Shown here: piece after piece, positions 1 to 8,675 of the stretch | Layout: each line of letters starts with the position of its first letter | How positions within the stretch are numbered: position 1 is the stretch's first letter | Source: an uncultured Bacillales bacterium | Lineage (GTDB): Bacteria > Bacillota_I > Bacilli_A > RFN20 > CAG-826 | Assembly: GCA_903845135.1 (NCBI GenBank) | Contig: CAIMWL010000002.1 | Span: forward strand, 2,792-66,791 | Reading direction: 5' to 3' | DNA: 64,000 nucleotides | The notes under the pieces: generated by a model | Told to the model about the DNA's origin: nothing | Database searches by the model: none | Seen by the model: only the letters and a program-made list of their open reading frames with translations | Translations under genes and position numbers: made by a program

Positions 1-1667
1 TTATAGTTTAAACCAACAAAGTCACCCACGTTTATATTCAAAACAGTGCTATTGAAGATGTATGCAAAACCAGTTGCATCACCAACAACAAAGGTTTTTC
101 CGGCACTTGAACCAGATGGGTTTTTCCATAAGACTTTAACTTCAGAATAAGCAATCGCGTTGGCAGCTAAAGCATCAAAAGCTCCTAAGTTCGTGTTTTC
201 AAGTAAACCAACGACGACCACAAATGTTTTGACAACTGCAGTTAATTGACCAACTGTTACTGATGCCGTTAGTGTAACTGCTTGTGCAGACTCAGGAATC
301 GTCACGACACCTGTAGTTGCATCAATAATTGCGCTATTCGAAGAGGTCCAGGCAATGGTTGATCCATTTTGACCTTGGGTTGGAAGCGTTAAGGTTGTTG
401 CTTCTAAAATAGTGGCTGGAACACTTAATGCGTTTGCATCAATGGTTTGTTTTTGTTCATCAGTTAAAATGGCGTTGACGCCGTTAGGTCCACCAATATA
501 GTAAATGGCGAAAGCGTGGTTATTGGAGCGATAAGTGTAAATGATGACATCGATGGTAATAACAATGCCATTGTATTGACGAATTAAATTAAAGTCAGGG
601 GTTTGATAGTAAAGCATGAAAGCGTTAGCTGGAGTTTTGGTTTCCCCAGAAGCTGAACCTGGAAGATAACCGACTGAGTTTTCATCGTCTAAAATCCAAG
701 TGTTATAGTTACCAGAATCACCTGGAATCATATAGACTTTACCAGTTAAGCTAGCATAGATCGGTTCAAAATTACCGGAGGCGGCGTTACCAAAAGCAGA
801 TAAGTGTTTTCCATCTGTTACTAAGGATGCAACTTTGGTATCCACGCTATCGACGGTTTCTTTATTGGGGAATTGTGCTTGTGAGTTAGGTTGTAAGGTT
901 GCAGTAGAACCTGTAATTTCCCATAATCCAAAATACCATTCTGCAATACCTGCGATGGTATAAACACTACCCACAACTAAGGAAGAGGCAGCCCCACCAT
1001 AAATCATGATGGTTCCAGTGCCGTCATATGCAAAGGCATCGCCTGCAGATTTGGCAATAATGGTTAAGTCGTCTAGTGTCACAGGTAAGGTGCCGTCGTA
1101 AGCGACATCACGAATTGCTAATATGTCGGCAACATTGTTAATCACGAGTTCAGGAACTTCATTTTCCTTGACTGTAATTTCAAGTGTCCAAATTCTTGTA
1201 AGGTTTCCACTTGTTAAAGTTGCAGGAATGGATAAGGTGGCAGAGATATTAAATCTAGCATCCCCATCGCCATTTTTGGGACGATTCACTACGGTATTAA
1301 TCAAGCCAGTGTTTTGAGCTGGCTGACCAAATGATAAGACACCAGGATTGGCAGATGCCCAAGTGGCAGTAACACCATTGGCAAGATTCGAAGGAACTTG
1401 GAAACCGGTGGTAATGTTGGATGGATCCGCAATTAAACCACCTAAACTATCATATGCAATATCTAAGAATTCTTGAGCTTCATCGATTTCAGATGACGCT
1501 TCACTTGAACTCGATGGGGTAGCACTTGAACTCGAAACCGTTGAAGTTGTCGAGGTCGTGGTACTGGTTGGAGTACTAGTTGGATTACTGGATGAAACCG
1601 TTTCTCCGCAAGCCACCAATAACATACTCCCAAGTAACACCGACATTAAACCAAATTTCTTTGACAT
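1..1667 (-). CDS. Large surface lipoprotein whose C-terminus runs off the window start; last gene of the sugar ABC operon
   Basis: ATG at 1667-1665 preceded by AGGAGG (revcomp of 1671-1680). The N-terminus reads MSKKFGLMSVLLGSMLLVACGE, a signal peptide with lipobox LVAC. A Ser/Thr-rich tether (STPTSTTTSTTS...) follows. The frame stays open to position 1 (555 codons). The ORF track shows no competing ORF apart from a 64-aa antisense one. Confidence 0.6.
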   Translation of the reverse strand, partial: MSKKFGLMSVLLGSMLLVACGETVSSSNPTSTPTSTTTSTTSTVSSSSATPSSSSEASSEIDEAQEFLDIAYDSLGGLIADPSNITTGFQVPSNLANGVTATWASANPGVLSFGQPAQNTGLINTVVNRPKNGDGDARFNISATLSIPATLTSGNLTRIWTLEITVKENEVPELVINNVADILAIRDVAYDGTLPVTLDDLTIIAKSAGDAFAYDGTGTIMIYGGAASSLVVGSVYTIAGIAEWYFGLWEITGSTATLQPNSQAQFPNKETVDSVDTKVASLVTDGKHLSAFGNAASGNFEPIYASLTGKVYMIPGDSGNYNTWILDDENSVGYLPGSASGETKTPANAFMLYYQTPDFNLIRQYNGIVITIDVIIYTYRSNNHAFAIYYIGGPNGVNAILTDEQKQTIDANALSVPATILEATTLTLPTQGQNGSTIAWTSSNSAIIDATTGVVTIPESAQAVTLTASVTVGQLTAVVKTFVVVVGLLENTNLGAFDALAANAIAYSEVKVLWKNPSGSSAGKTFVVGDATGFAYIFNSTVLNINVGDFVGLNY

Positions 1668-1709
1668 AAATTGACCTCCTTTATGTTTATTTGATTGGTT
1701 TTTCATACG

Positions 1710-3242
1710 TTAGTTAACAATAAAATCGTAGCTTTCACTAAATTGATTATTAATATAATTATTCAAATCCGTTTCATCGGCATAATCATAAGCAAATATT
1801 TTAACAAGTAGTGCTCCAACTTCAGTTCGGGTTTTTGAACTTAAATTAAAGACCGCTGACGTAAAAAAGTTTTGACTATTATCGAGAAACATTTCAATTG
1901 CTTCACGAACTAATTTATTTTGAGCCTCGGCAGAAGTAGTTGGATTGGCAACGATGGTTGCTTCGTAATTTTGCCACCGTTGAGTTTGATAGGCAGAAAA
2001 GCGAATAGGTGCATATCCAGAAGGAATTGAGAATTCAGCGGATTGTTCAGCGTTCGTCATATATTTGGCAAACAGCCATGCTGCAAGCATCCGTTGCGTG
2101 TTATTACCTTTTCTTAATAAAGTGATGTTAGGACCTTGTTGGATTTGAGCAGGCCGTTCAAGGGTTTGGGATGGTAAAGGGGCCACGCCAACACGGTAAC
2201 CAGCATCAAAAACTGCTGCACTCGCACCAATGTAAGCATAACGAGTGCCACCTGTTGAACCCACATACATATATAAGCGTTGGTTGGTTTTGAAGATGTC
2301 AGAGGTATATGCATCTGCATTTAAAGAACGGGTGATCATCAATCCACGATCAACCTTATCTTTGAAGTATTTCACCATGGTTTTAGCTTCGTTATTATTA
2401 AATAAAACTTCGCCACGACCGGTTGTTGCATTATAACCAGTGTAAGGAGCATCCCATTGTTTGGCTCCCGTTATAAATAGATTATCTTCGGAATCATAAC
2501 CAAATGGGATAGCGTTGGGTTCTCTTGCTTTGATATCTTCAGCGATGGCAAATAATTCATCCCAAGTTCTGGGAACTTCATAACCATGTTGAGCAAAATA
2601 AGGCGCGTTATAAAATAACCCTTCGGTTGATTTTGTAAAAGGTAAAGATAGAATCGTACCAGCATTATCATAACTACGACCTTCCGCCCATAATCCCGGC
2701 AAAAAGTCATCTTGCTGCGCTTGAGTTAATCCATATTCAGGATGGTTAATGAAGTTATTGAGCGCTAACGGCGCTTTTGCTTGAGCATAACGAGCCACTG
2801 AATCTGGATAACCTTCAACGATATCAGGTTCTGTGCCAGCGGTAATCGATAGAGCTACTTTATCAGCAACAGCGGTATAGTCGTTGGCCACACGTTCTTC
2901 CACTACGGTAATGTGTGGATAAAGGACTTTAAATTCAGTAATCCATTTTTGGACGATGGCCTGACTACTCGCACCCATGCGGTGCCAGAAATTAATTGTG
3001 ACTGGCGTGTTTGTATCTAAAACGGTGTCTTGGGGAACGTTATACCAATTGACAATTTTAGGGGCAGTAGGATCAATCGATGCGCTACTAGAGGAACTCG
3101 AGGTTGAATCACCCGAAGTTTGACTTGTAGACGTATCTATAGAGGTGGGATTTTCACTACTTGGTCTTGTTTCACAAGCAGCTAATAAAAGAGTTAAAGA
3201 AGCAAATGCAATGGCTTTGAATTGAAATGACTTAGCTAACAT
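1710..3242 (-). CDS. ABC transporter substrate-binding lipoprotein (extracellular solute-binding family 1, carbohydrate type)
   Basis: N-terminus MLAKSFQFKAIAFASLTLLLAACETRPS has lipobox LAAC followed by an S/T-rich linker. A 510-aa body typical of family-1 SBPs sits immediately downstream of two MalFG-type permeases and an ATPase. Confidence 0.8.
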   Translation of the reverse strand: MLAKSFQFKAIAFASLTLLLAACETRPSSENPTSIDTSTSQTSGDSTSSSSSSASIDPTAPKIVNWYNVPQDTVLDTNTPVTINFWHRMGASSQAIVQKWITEFKVLYPHITVVEERVANDYTAVADKVALSITAGTEPDIVEGYPDSVARYAQAKAPLALNNFINHPEYGLTQAQQDDFLPGLWAEGRSYDNAGTILSLPFTKSTEGLFYNAPYFAQHGYEVPRTWDELFAIAEDIKAREPNAIPFGYDSEDNLFITGAKQWDAPYTGYNATTGRGEVLFNNNEAKTMVKYFKDKVDRGLMITRSLNADAYTSDIFKTNQRLYMYVGSTGGTRYAYIGASAAVFDAGYRVGVAPLPSQTLERPAQIQQGPNITLLRKGNNTQRMLAAWLFAKYMTNAEQSAEFSIPSGYAPIRFSAYQTQRWQNYEATIVANPTTSAEAQNKLVREAIEMFLDNSQNFFTSAVFNLSSKTRTEVGALLVKIFAYDYADETDLNNYINNQFSESYDFIVN

Positions 3243-3260
3243 TCATTTTCCTCCACAAAA

Positions 3261-3269
3261 ATTATAACA
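3261..3269 (-). promoter_or_regulatory. Possible extended -10 element (TGTTATAAT) upstream of the SBP gene
   Basis: Minus-strand sequence TTTACA-N14-TGTTATAAT lies in the 67-nt gap between the permease and SBP genes. The TG-N-TATAAT form can act without a -35 box. The predicted start would lie at about 3253, inside the GGAGG ribosome-binding site. Confidence 0.3.
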
Positions 3270-3309
3270 TGATGCCCAATTGTAAAGAGAGGTTTTTGTT
3301 AAGAAATTG

Positions 3310-4254
3310 TTAACCCTTAACCCCACTGCGTGAAACCCCACTCATAATGTATTTTCTAAAGAAGATAAACAGTAATAAAAGTGGCACAGTAACAATCACT
3401 GTTGCCGCCATTTGATAGTTAGTTAATACTCTTCCCGATCCGGTATCCGCTAAATCAACAAATGAACTTCTTAACCAGGTGGTCACTAACTTATATTTTT
3501 CATTGGCGACGATATCTTGCCAAATATAGGCGTTCCAAGTCCCCATGATTCTTAAAATGACAATGGTTACAATCGAAGATTTTGCCATCGGAACCATGAC
3601 CTTCCATAAATATTTAAAATCCGTACAACCATCAACTTTAGCTGCATAATAAAGCTCATTAGGAATTTGTTTAAACGTTTGTCTCAGTAAATAAATATGA
3701 AATATGGAGACTAAAAAGGGAATAATGACTGCTAAATAGGAACCCGCATTATTCGCATTAACCCAACCCAATCTCGATACCGTTACGAAATTTGAAATAA
3801 CCAACATTTCTCCTGGAATCATCATCGTGGCAAGCAGCACGGTAAAAATAAAGTCTCGCCCTTTAAAATTCAGTCTTGCTAAGGCAAAAGCAACTAGAAT
3901 CGAAAACAGGGTACCACCTAAAGTGGTGAAGAAAGCAACTAATACAGTATTGAATAAATATCGGCTAAAATCGATATTCCCTTGAGCAGCGGAACTATAA
4001 AGAAACACATTCGTATAGTTTTGTGGTGAAAAAACTTTAGGAAAAAAACTGACATTTAATGAGTTCAGTACTTCATTACTACTTTGAAAAGAAACATTTA
4101 GCATCCAATAAAAAGGCACAATGACAACAAATGCCATCACGGTTAAAAAACTATAAAGCAAAAAATTACGAAGGAACTGACCCGTTCTTTGAATTTTAAG
4201 TTTTTGATCAAATTGATAGCCTTGGTTAGTTTTCAATTGTATTGCTTGTACCAT
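3310..4254 (-). CDS. Sugar ABC transporter permease (MalG/UgpE-like)
   Basis: Six hydrophobic segments. An EAA-loop-like motif AAKVDGCTDFKYLWKVMVPMAKSS follows TM4. It lies in operon position between the MalF-like permease and the SBP. Confidence 0.8.
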   Translation of the reverse strand: MVQAIQLKTNQGYQFDQKLKIQRTGQFLRNFLLYSFLTVMAFVVIVPFYWMLNVSFQSSNEVLNSLNVSFFPKVFSPQNYTNVFLYSSAAQGNIDFSRYLFNTVLVAFFTTLGGTLFSILVAFALARLNFKGRDFIFTVLLATMMIPGEMLVISNFVTVSRLGWVNANNAGSYLAVIIPFLVSIFHIYLLRQTFKQIPNELYYAAKVDGCTDFKYLWKVMVPMAKSSIVTIVILRIMGTWNAYIWQDIVANEKYKLVTTWLRSSFVDLADTGSGRVLTNYQMAATVIVTVPLLLLFIFFRKYIMSGVSRSGVKG

Positions 4255-4264
4255 ATCAAACTCC

Positions 4265-5191
4265 TTAATAATGAACCGTCTTTTTCGAAATGTATAAATT
4301 CAAAAATGTAAAAATCATAATGATGAAAAATAGCACCACTGCGGCTGCGGCACCTCTTGAGTAATAAGAAATATTATTAATATCCAATCCTGAAATCCCT
4401 ATTTTGTCATAGACATAGGCCACAGCAGTCCACCGGTTACGGTCTAAACTTCTTCCCACGGTTCCCACAACCGATAAAACCGATTCATAAGCTTTAAATG
4501 AACCAATAAATGAAGTGATGAGGATATAACTAATAATTGGCGACAATAAGGGAATGGTAATCCTGGTCATGACCTTCCATTTTGGAGCAGCATCAATCTT
4601 AGCCGCATCATAATATTGCTTAGAAATGTTTTGGAGTCCACCAATAAACACCAAAATCTTAAATGGCAAGGCACTCCAAATGGTATAGATCAAAACAACC
4701 GTTCTCCACCGTTCGACTGTGGCAGTCGGACCGACCCAGTCTATTGCAGTTTGGAATAATGTGTTAATTAAACCCTCCGCGGCAACGCCACCGACTAAAG
4801 GATGCGAAAACATTACGTTGAACACCATCCCAATTGCCAAGGCATTTGTGACATAAGGAATAAAAAAGATGGTTTGGAAAATTTTTTGTAGCGGTTTGAT
4901 TGAATTTAAACTGACCGCAATCAGCAAGGCTAGGACAGTTGAAACTGGCACAGAAACAAAGACAATCACCAAGGTATTCGTCAACGCATTGGTGAAAAAT
5001 CGATCATTAAAGATGGCAGTATAGGCATAAAAATCAAAATATCTACCGAAATCATCGGTGAGGGCGTTATATTCTGAAAATAAAGAAATTAAAAAGGTTT
5101 TAATTAAAGGATAAAATGTGAAAATAGTCAAAAGAAATAAAGGCAAAATAAGATATAACCAAGCCTTTAAATCACGCTTATGATCTAACAT
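4265..5191 (-). CDS. Sugar ABC transporter permease (MalF/UgpA-like)
   Basis: Multi-TM protein with EAA-like motif DAAKIDAAPKWKVMTRITIPLLSPII. Its stop overlaps the ATPase gene start at 5191. Confidence 0.8.
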   Translation of the reverse strand: MLDHKRDLKAWLYLILPLFLLTIFTFYPLIKTFLISLFSEYNALTDDFGRYFDFYAYTAIFNDRFFTNALTNTLVIVFVSVPVSTVLALLIAVSLNSIKPLQKIFQTIFFIPYVTNALAIGMVFNVMFSHPLVGGVAAEGLINTLFQTAIDWVGPTATVERWRTVVLIYTIWSALPFKILVFIGGLQNISKQYYDAAKIDAAPKWKVMTRITIPLLSPIISYILITSFIGSFKAYESVLSVVGTVGRSLDRNRWTAVAYVYDKIGISGLDINNISYYSRGAAAAVVLFFIIMIFTFLNLYISKKTVHY

Positions 5192-6765
5192 TATGCCAAT
5201 CTCCGGCCCGTGGATTTTTCAAAAATAAAGGTTTTATGTGGTTTTAATTTTACTTTGATCGATTGATTCGGTTTTACAGCAAAATCATCGCTATTTAAGA
5301 TGATGCGAATACTAGGCGTTTGCGCTTGTGGGTGGCTAGCAACGAGGGAAACGTCTCTGCCTATCATTTCAATAAATTGAGGTTGAAGGGTGAGTGTGCC
5401 TTTTTCATCCATTTCATAACCTTCAGGGCGAACCCCAATCAAAACTTCATCCATTGTTTTATTCTTTAAAGCAGAGGCCTCAAAAACCACTTGATCTTGA
5501 ATCATCACTTTCCCACTTTTTAAGGATCCTTGATATAAATTAAGTTGGGGTGTTCCTAAGAATTTAGCGACAAACAAATTGGCGGGTTGGTTATAGACGT
5601 CTTGCGGATTACCTTTTTGTTGTTCGGCCCCAAAATTCATGAGGACTATTTCATCAGAAATTGACATAGCTTCTTCTTGGTCGTGCGTAACAAAAACAGT
5701 CGTGATACCAATTTCCTTTTGAATGCGTTTTATTTCTTCGCGAGTTTGCAATCTAAGTCGTGCATCCAGGTTAGATAAAGGTTCATCAAGTAATAGGACT
5801 TTTGGTTTTTTAACTAAAGCTCTCGCAATCGCAACCCGTTGTTGTTGACCGCCCGATAACTGAGCAGGCTTCTTATGTAACTGATCCTCAATCCCAACTA
5901 ATTTAGCCATCGCAATTGCTTCGTCATTCATCAATTTTCGATAATCTTTATAACGCGCTTCTTCGACTGCTTTGATGGATTCGGGGACCATTGTTTTAAG
6001 GGCACTCCACAAATGTGTCCTAAAATTAATCCAATGAATAGGATTGAGTAATAACTTCAGCATCAACTTTTGCTTTTGCTGTTGATAGGGTTTTTCTATT
6101 AATGCATAAGCATTGTTAATTTTGCTCACCATCGTTTGTAAATTTTCCGGACTTATTTTTTGCAATTCTTTTTCAAAACTAAGTTTAAATTGCTTTAACT
6201 GATCTTGAAATGATTGGCGTAAACTCGCAAGGGATTTTGTGTTTTTTTCTTGGTTTTGTTTAATTTTGGAAAGATCAATCACCTTGGATTGATAGACCGC
6301 TTTTGCTTCACTTTCTAAGCGTTTATATTTGTTTTTTAAACTGGTGCTTTCTTTGACAAATTGATAATACCTTTTGGCTTCTTTTGGTAGGATCGATAAA
6401 TGCGCTGATTTGATTGCATCCTCAATTGCCTTCTTTTTTAGATTCATGTTTTCCAAAGGAAATAAAATATTTTTTTTGACTGTCATATGCGGATACAAGG
6501 CATAGTTTTGAAACACCAAACCAATGCCTCTTTGTTCTGGGGATAGTTCAGTAACATCTTCATCACCGAAGAAAATCCTACCGTGGGTGGGATATAACAA
6601 TCCAGAAATCATATATAAAGTAGTGGATTTGCCACAACCCGAAGGTCCCAAAAGTCCGACTAGCTTACCATCCGGTATCGTAAAATTGAATTGATTAACA
6701 GCAATCGTTCGCGCAGCATTTTTACTTTCAAAAACCTTGGTTAAGTTTTCCAATCTAACTTCCAT
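5191..6765 (-). CDS. Sugar ABC transporter ATP-binding protein (MalK/MsmK/UgpC family) with a coiled-coil insertion of about 190 aa
   Basis: Motifs present: Walker A GPSGCGKST, Q-loop FQNYALYPHMTV, signature LSGGQQQRVAIARAL, Walker B LLLDEPLSNLD and H-loop VTHDQ. A C-terminal regulatory-type domain is present. The Lys/Gln-rich stretch KSAHLSILPKEAKRYY...YRKLMNDEAI sits between the Q-loop helix and the signature motif. Confidence 0.8.
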   Translation of the reverse strand: MEVRLENLTKVFESKNAARTIAVNQFNFTIPDGKLVGLLGPSGCGKSTTLYMISGLLYPTHGRIFFGDEDVTELSPEQRGIGLVFQNYALYPHMTVKKNILFPLENMNLKKKAIEDAIKSAHLSILPKEAKRYYQFVKESTSLKNKYKRLESEAKAVYQSKVIDLSKIKQNQEKNTKSLASLRQSFQDQLKQFKLSFEKELQKISPENLQTMVSKINNAYALIEKPYQQQKQKLMLKLLLNPIHWINFRTHLWSALKTMVPESIKAVEEARYKDYRKLMNDEAIAMAKLVGIEDQLHKKPAQLSGGQQQRVAIARALVKKPKVLLLDEPLSNLDARLRLQTREEIKRIQKEIGITTVFVTHDQEEAMSISDEIVLMNFGAEQQKGNPQDVYNQPANLFVAKFLGTPQLNLYQGSLKSGKVMIQDQVVFEASALKNKTMDEVLIGVRPEGYEMDEKGTLTLQPQFIEMIGRDVSLVASHPQAQTPSIRIILNSDDFAVKPNQSIKVKLKPHKTFIFEKSTGRRLA

Positions 6766-6802
6766 GCATGAGCCTCCAAATTTAACAAATAGTTATGCAT
6801 TT

Positions 6803-6829
6803 ATCATACCATAGAGATTGATTTGTAAA
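6803..6829 (-). promoter_or_regulatory. Candidate sigma-A promoter of the sugar ABC operon
   Basis: Minus strand reads TTTACA (revcomp of 6824-6829), a 15-nt spacer, then TATGAT (revcomp of 6803-6808). It lies 38 nt upstream of the ATPase start codon. The spacer is short, so this is weak. Confidence 0.3.
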
Positions 6830-6895
6830 GAGATTTTATTGCGAAAAAAATAAATGATTTTCTTGACAATAGAATGTGATTTTTGATAAGCAAAA

Positions 6896-6933
6896 ATAAA
6901 AAAAACTTAAGGAATTAACCTTAAGTTTTTTGA
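6896..6933. terminator. Bidirectional rho-independent terminator downstream of pepF
   Basis: Hairpin CTTAAGG-AATTAA-CCTTAAG (6907-6926) flanked by an A-tract (6896-6906) and a T-tract (6927-6932). Confidence 0.6.
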
Positions 6934-6941
6934 GTTAGCCT

Positions 6942-8651
6942 TTAAGCTTTAAAGGGTTCGCCGTAAACTTTGAGTAACTTCTTGACTGGTCTAAAGGTTT
7001 TCTTAATGGTCCCATCCAAAAATGGATTTTTTAACTTTGCCTTTTCGAGTAGCTGCGTAAATGGATATTTACCACCTAAAGAACATACTTTGACATACTT
7101 CTTCCATGCTTTTTCATGATTTTTCTTCATTAATCCTAAGAACTGTAAGGCAATCACTTGGGCTAAAGTATAGTCAATGTAATAAAATGGTGATCCGTAA
7201 ATATGCGATTGACGCATCCATCTTGTGCCTTTTTCATAAAGTGGAAAACCAGTATATTTTTTATAAGGGGTATATTTGATTTCAATTTCTCGCCATTTGG
7301 CACAACGTTGCTCATGTGAGGCATTGGGATTGTCATATACCCAATGTTGGAATTCATCAACGGTCACGCCATAGGGTAAGAAATTAATCGCGCCCTCTAG
7401 ATGGCCAAATAAGTATTTATCCTTGTCCTCTTTGAAGAATGACTCCATATAAGGCGTCGCAAAAAATTCCATTGACATAGAATGAATTTCTGCCTCTTCC
7501 ATCGTTGGATCGCGATATTCCACTGGTTTAATTTTTCGCGACATGTAACCTTGGAAAGCGTGCCCAATTTCATGGGTTAGAACATCGACGTCACCAGCAG
7601 TGCCATTAAAATTAGAAAATACAAATGGCATTTGATATCGTGGGAAGAAGGTCATATAACCACCACCACGTTTACCTGGTTTAGCTTCTAAGTCTAACAA
7701 TTCTTGATTAACCATTGCTTGGAAAAATTCACCAATTTCTTGGCCCATTTTGCTATACATTTTTAAAGCAGCATTCACTAAGTAATTCTTATCGCCTTTC
7801 GGTGTGGCGTTGCCATCCTTAAATTGAATTGCTAAATCATAAAATTTAGGTGCTGGTACATCGATACGTTTAATTTGTTGTCTCACTAATTTATTTGATA
7901 ATGGCACCACAGATTCAAGAATTTGGTCACGATATGATTTAACTTCTTTAGGGCCGTAATCCGTTCTACCCATACGATCATATGCCATTTGCGTGAAGGA
8001 AGCGTATCCTAATTTTTTAGCCATGCCATGTCTTAACGTGACTAATTTACTGTAAATATCCGCGAGTGGTTGTTCTTTTTCAGCCATCCAGTTTTCAACA
8101 GCCTTGCTCGCTCGTTTACGGACATCGCGATCTTTACTAACGGCAAACTTTCCCATTTGTGAAAGGTTATAAGTTCCGCCATCGAATGGGATTTGCGCAC
8201 TCGCCATCAAGGCATCATATTCAGTAGTTAATTTGTTTTCTTCTTGTAAGTCTTGGAGAATTTTTTGATCAAAAGTTTTAGCAGCAAGTTCGAGTTTTTT
8301 AAATAAAAAAGACCCTACTAATTTTTCTAATTCGATTCGATGTTTGCTAGCTAGTACTGCTTTTGAATAACGATTACCTAAACCCTGAACCATCGGTCCC
8401 ACTTCATTCACTAAGTCATTTGCTTTTTTATAGGTTTCATCACGGGTATCAATCGAATGGCGGGTTGTAATAATGGTGAAATCGGTCTGAACTTCATCAA
8501 AAAACTTCCCAATTTTATTCATAATCCGACGTTGGACGTTGGCATTCGGTGCCGATTCAAATTCCGCAATTAAAACGTTAAATTTCTTTTCAATCTTTGG
8601 AAATTTAGGTAAATGTAATGGATATTCGCTAAATTTAAGTGCTTTTTTCAT
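6942..8651 (-). CDS. pepF: Oligoendopeptidase F (M3B family)
   Basis: 569 aa with zinc motif LTHEIGHAFQGY (HEXXH). Length and composition match PepF. Confidence 0.85.
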   Translation of the reverse strand: MKKALKFSEYPLHLPKFPKIEKKFNVLIAEFESAPNANVQRRIMNKIGKFFDEVQTDFTIITTRHSIDTRDETYKKANDLVNEVGPMVQGLGNRYSKAVLASKHRIELEKLVGSFLFKKLELAAKTFDQKILQDLQEENKLTTEYDALMASAQIPFDGGTYNLSQMGKFAVSKDRDVRKRASKAVENWMAEKEQPLADIYSKLVTLRHGMAKKLGYASFTQMAYDRMGRTDYGPKEVKSYRDQILESVVPLSNKLVRQQIKRIDVPAPKFYDLAIQFKDGNATPKGDKNYLVNAALKMYSKMGQEIGEFFQAMVNQELLDLEAKPGKRGGGYMTFFPRYQMPFVFSNFNGTAGDVDVLTHEIGHAFQGYMSRKIKPVEYRDPTMEEAEIHSMSMEFFATPYMESFFKEDKDKYLFGHLEGAINFLPYGVTVDEFQHWVYDNPNASHEQRCAKWREIEIKYTPYKKYTGFPLYEKGTRWMRQSHIYGSPFYYIDYTLAQVIALQFLGLMKKNHEKAWKKYVKVCSLGGKYPFTQLLEKAKLKNPFLDGTIKKTFRPVKKLLKVYGEPFKA

Positions 8652-8675
8652 TTGATTACCTCCATGAAAATAGGT

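Noticed and set aside
1123-1317. 64-aa plus-strand ORF
   Set aside because: It is antisense within the long lipoprotein gene and has no RBS.
2114-2710. Three small ORFs (2114-2320, 2245-2436, 2471-2710) inside the SBP gene
   Set aside because: They overlap a well-supported 510-aa SBP gene in other frames. They are typical AT-rich chance ORFs.
6863-6890. Plus-strand TTGACA-N17-ATAAGC promoter-like box
   Set aside because: There is no plus-strand gene downstream, since pepF is on the minus strand, and the -10 is poor.
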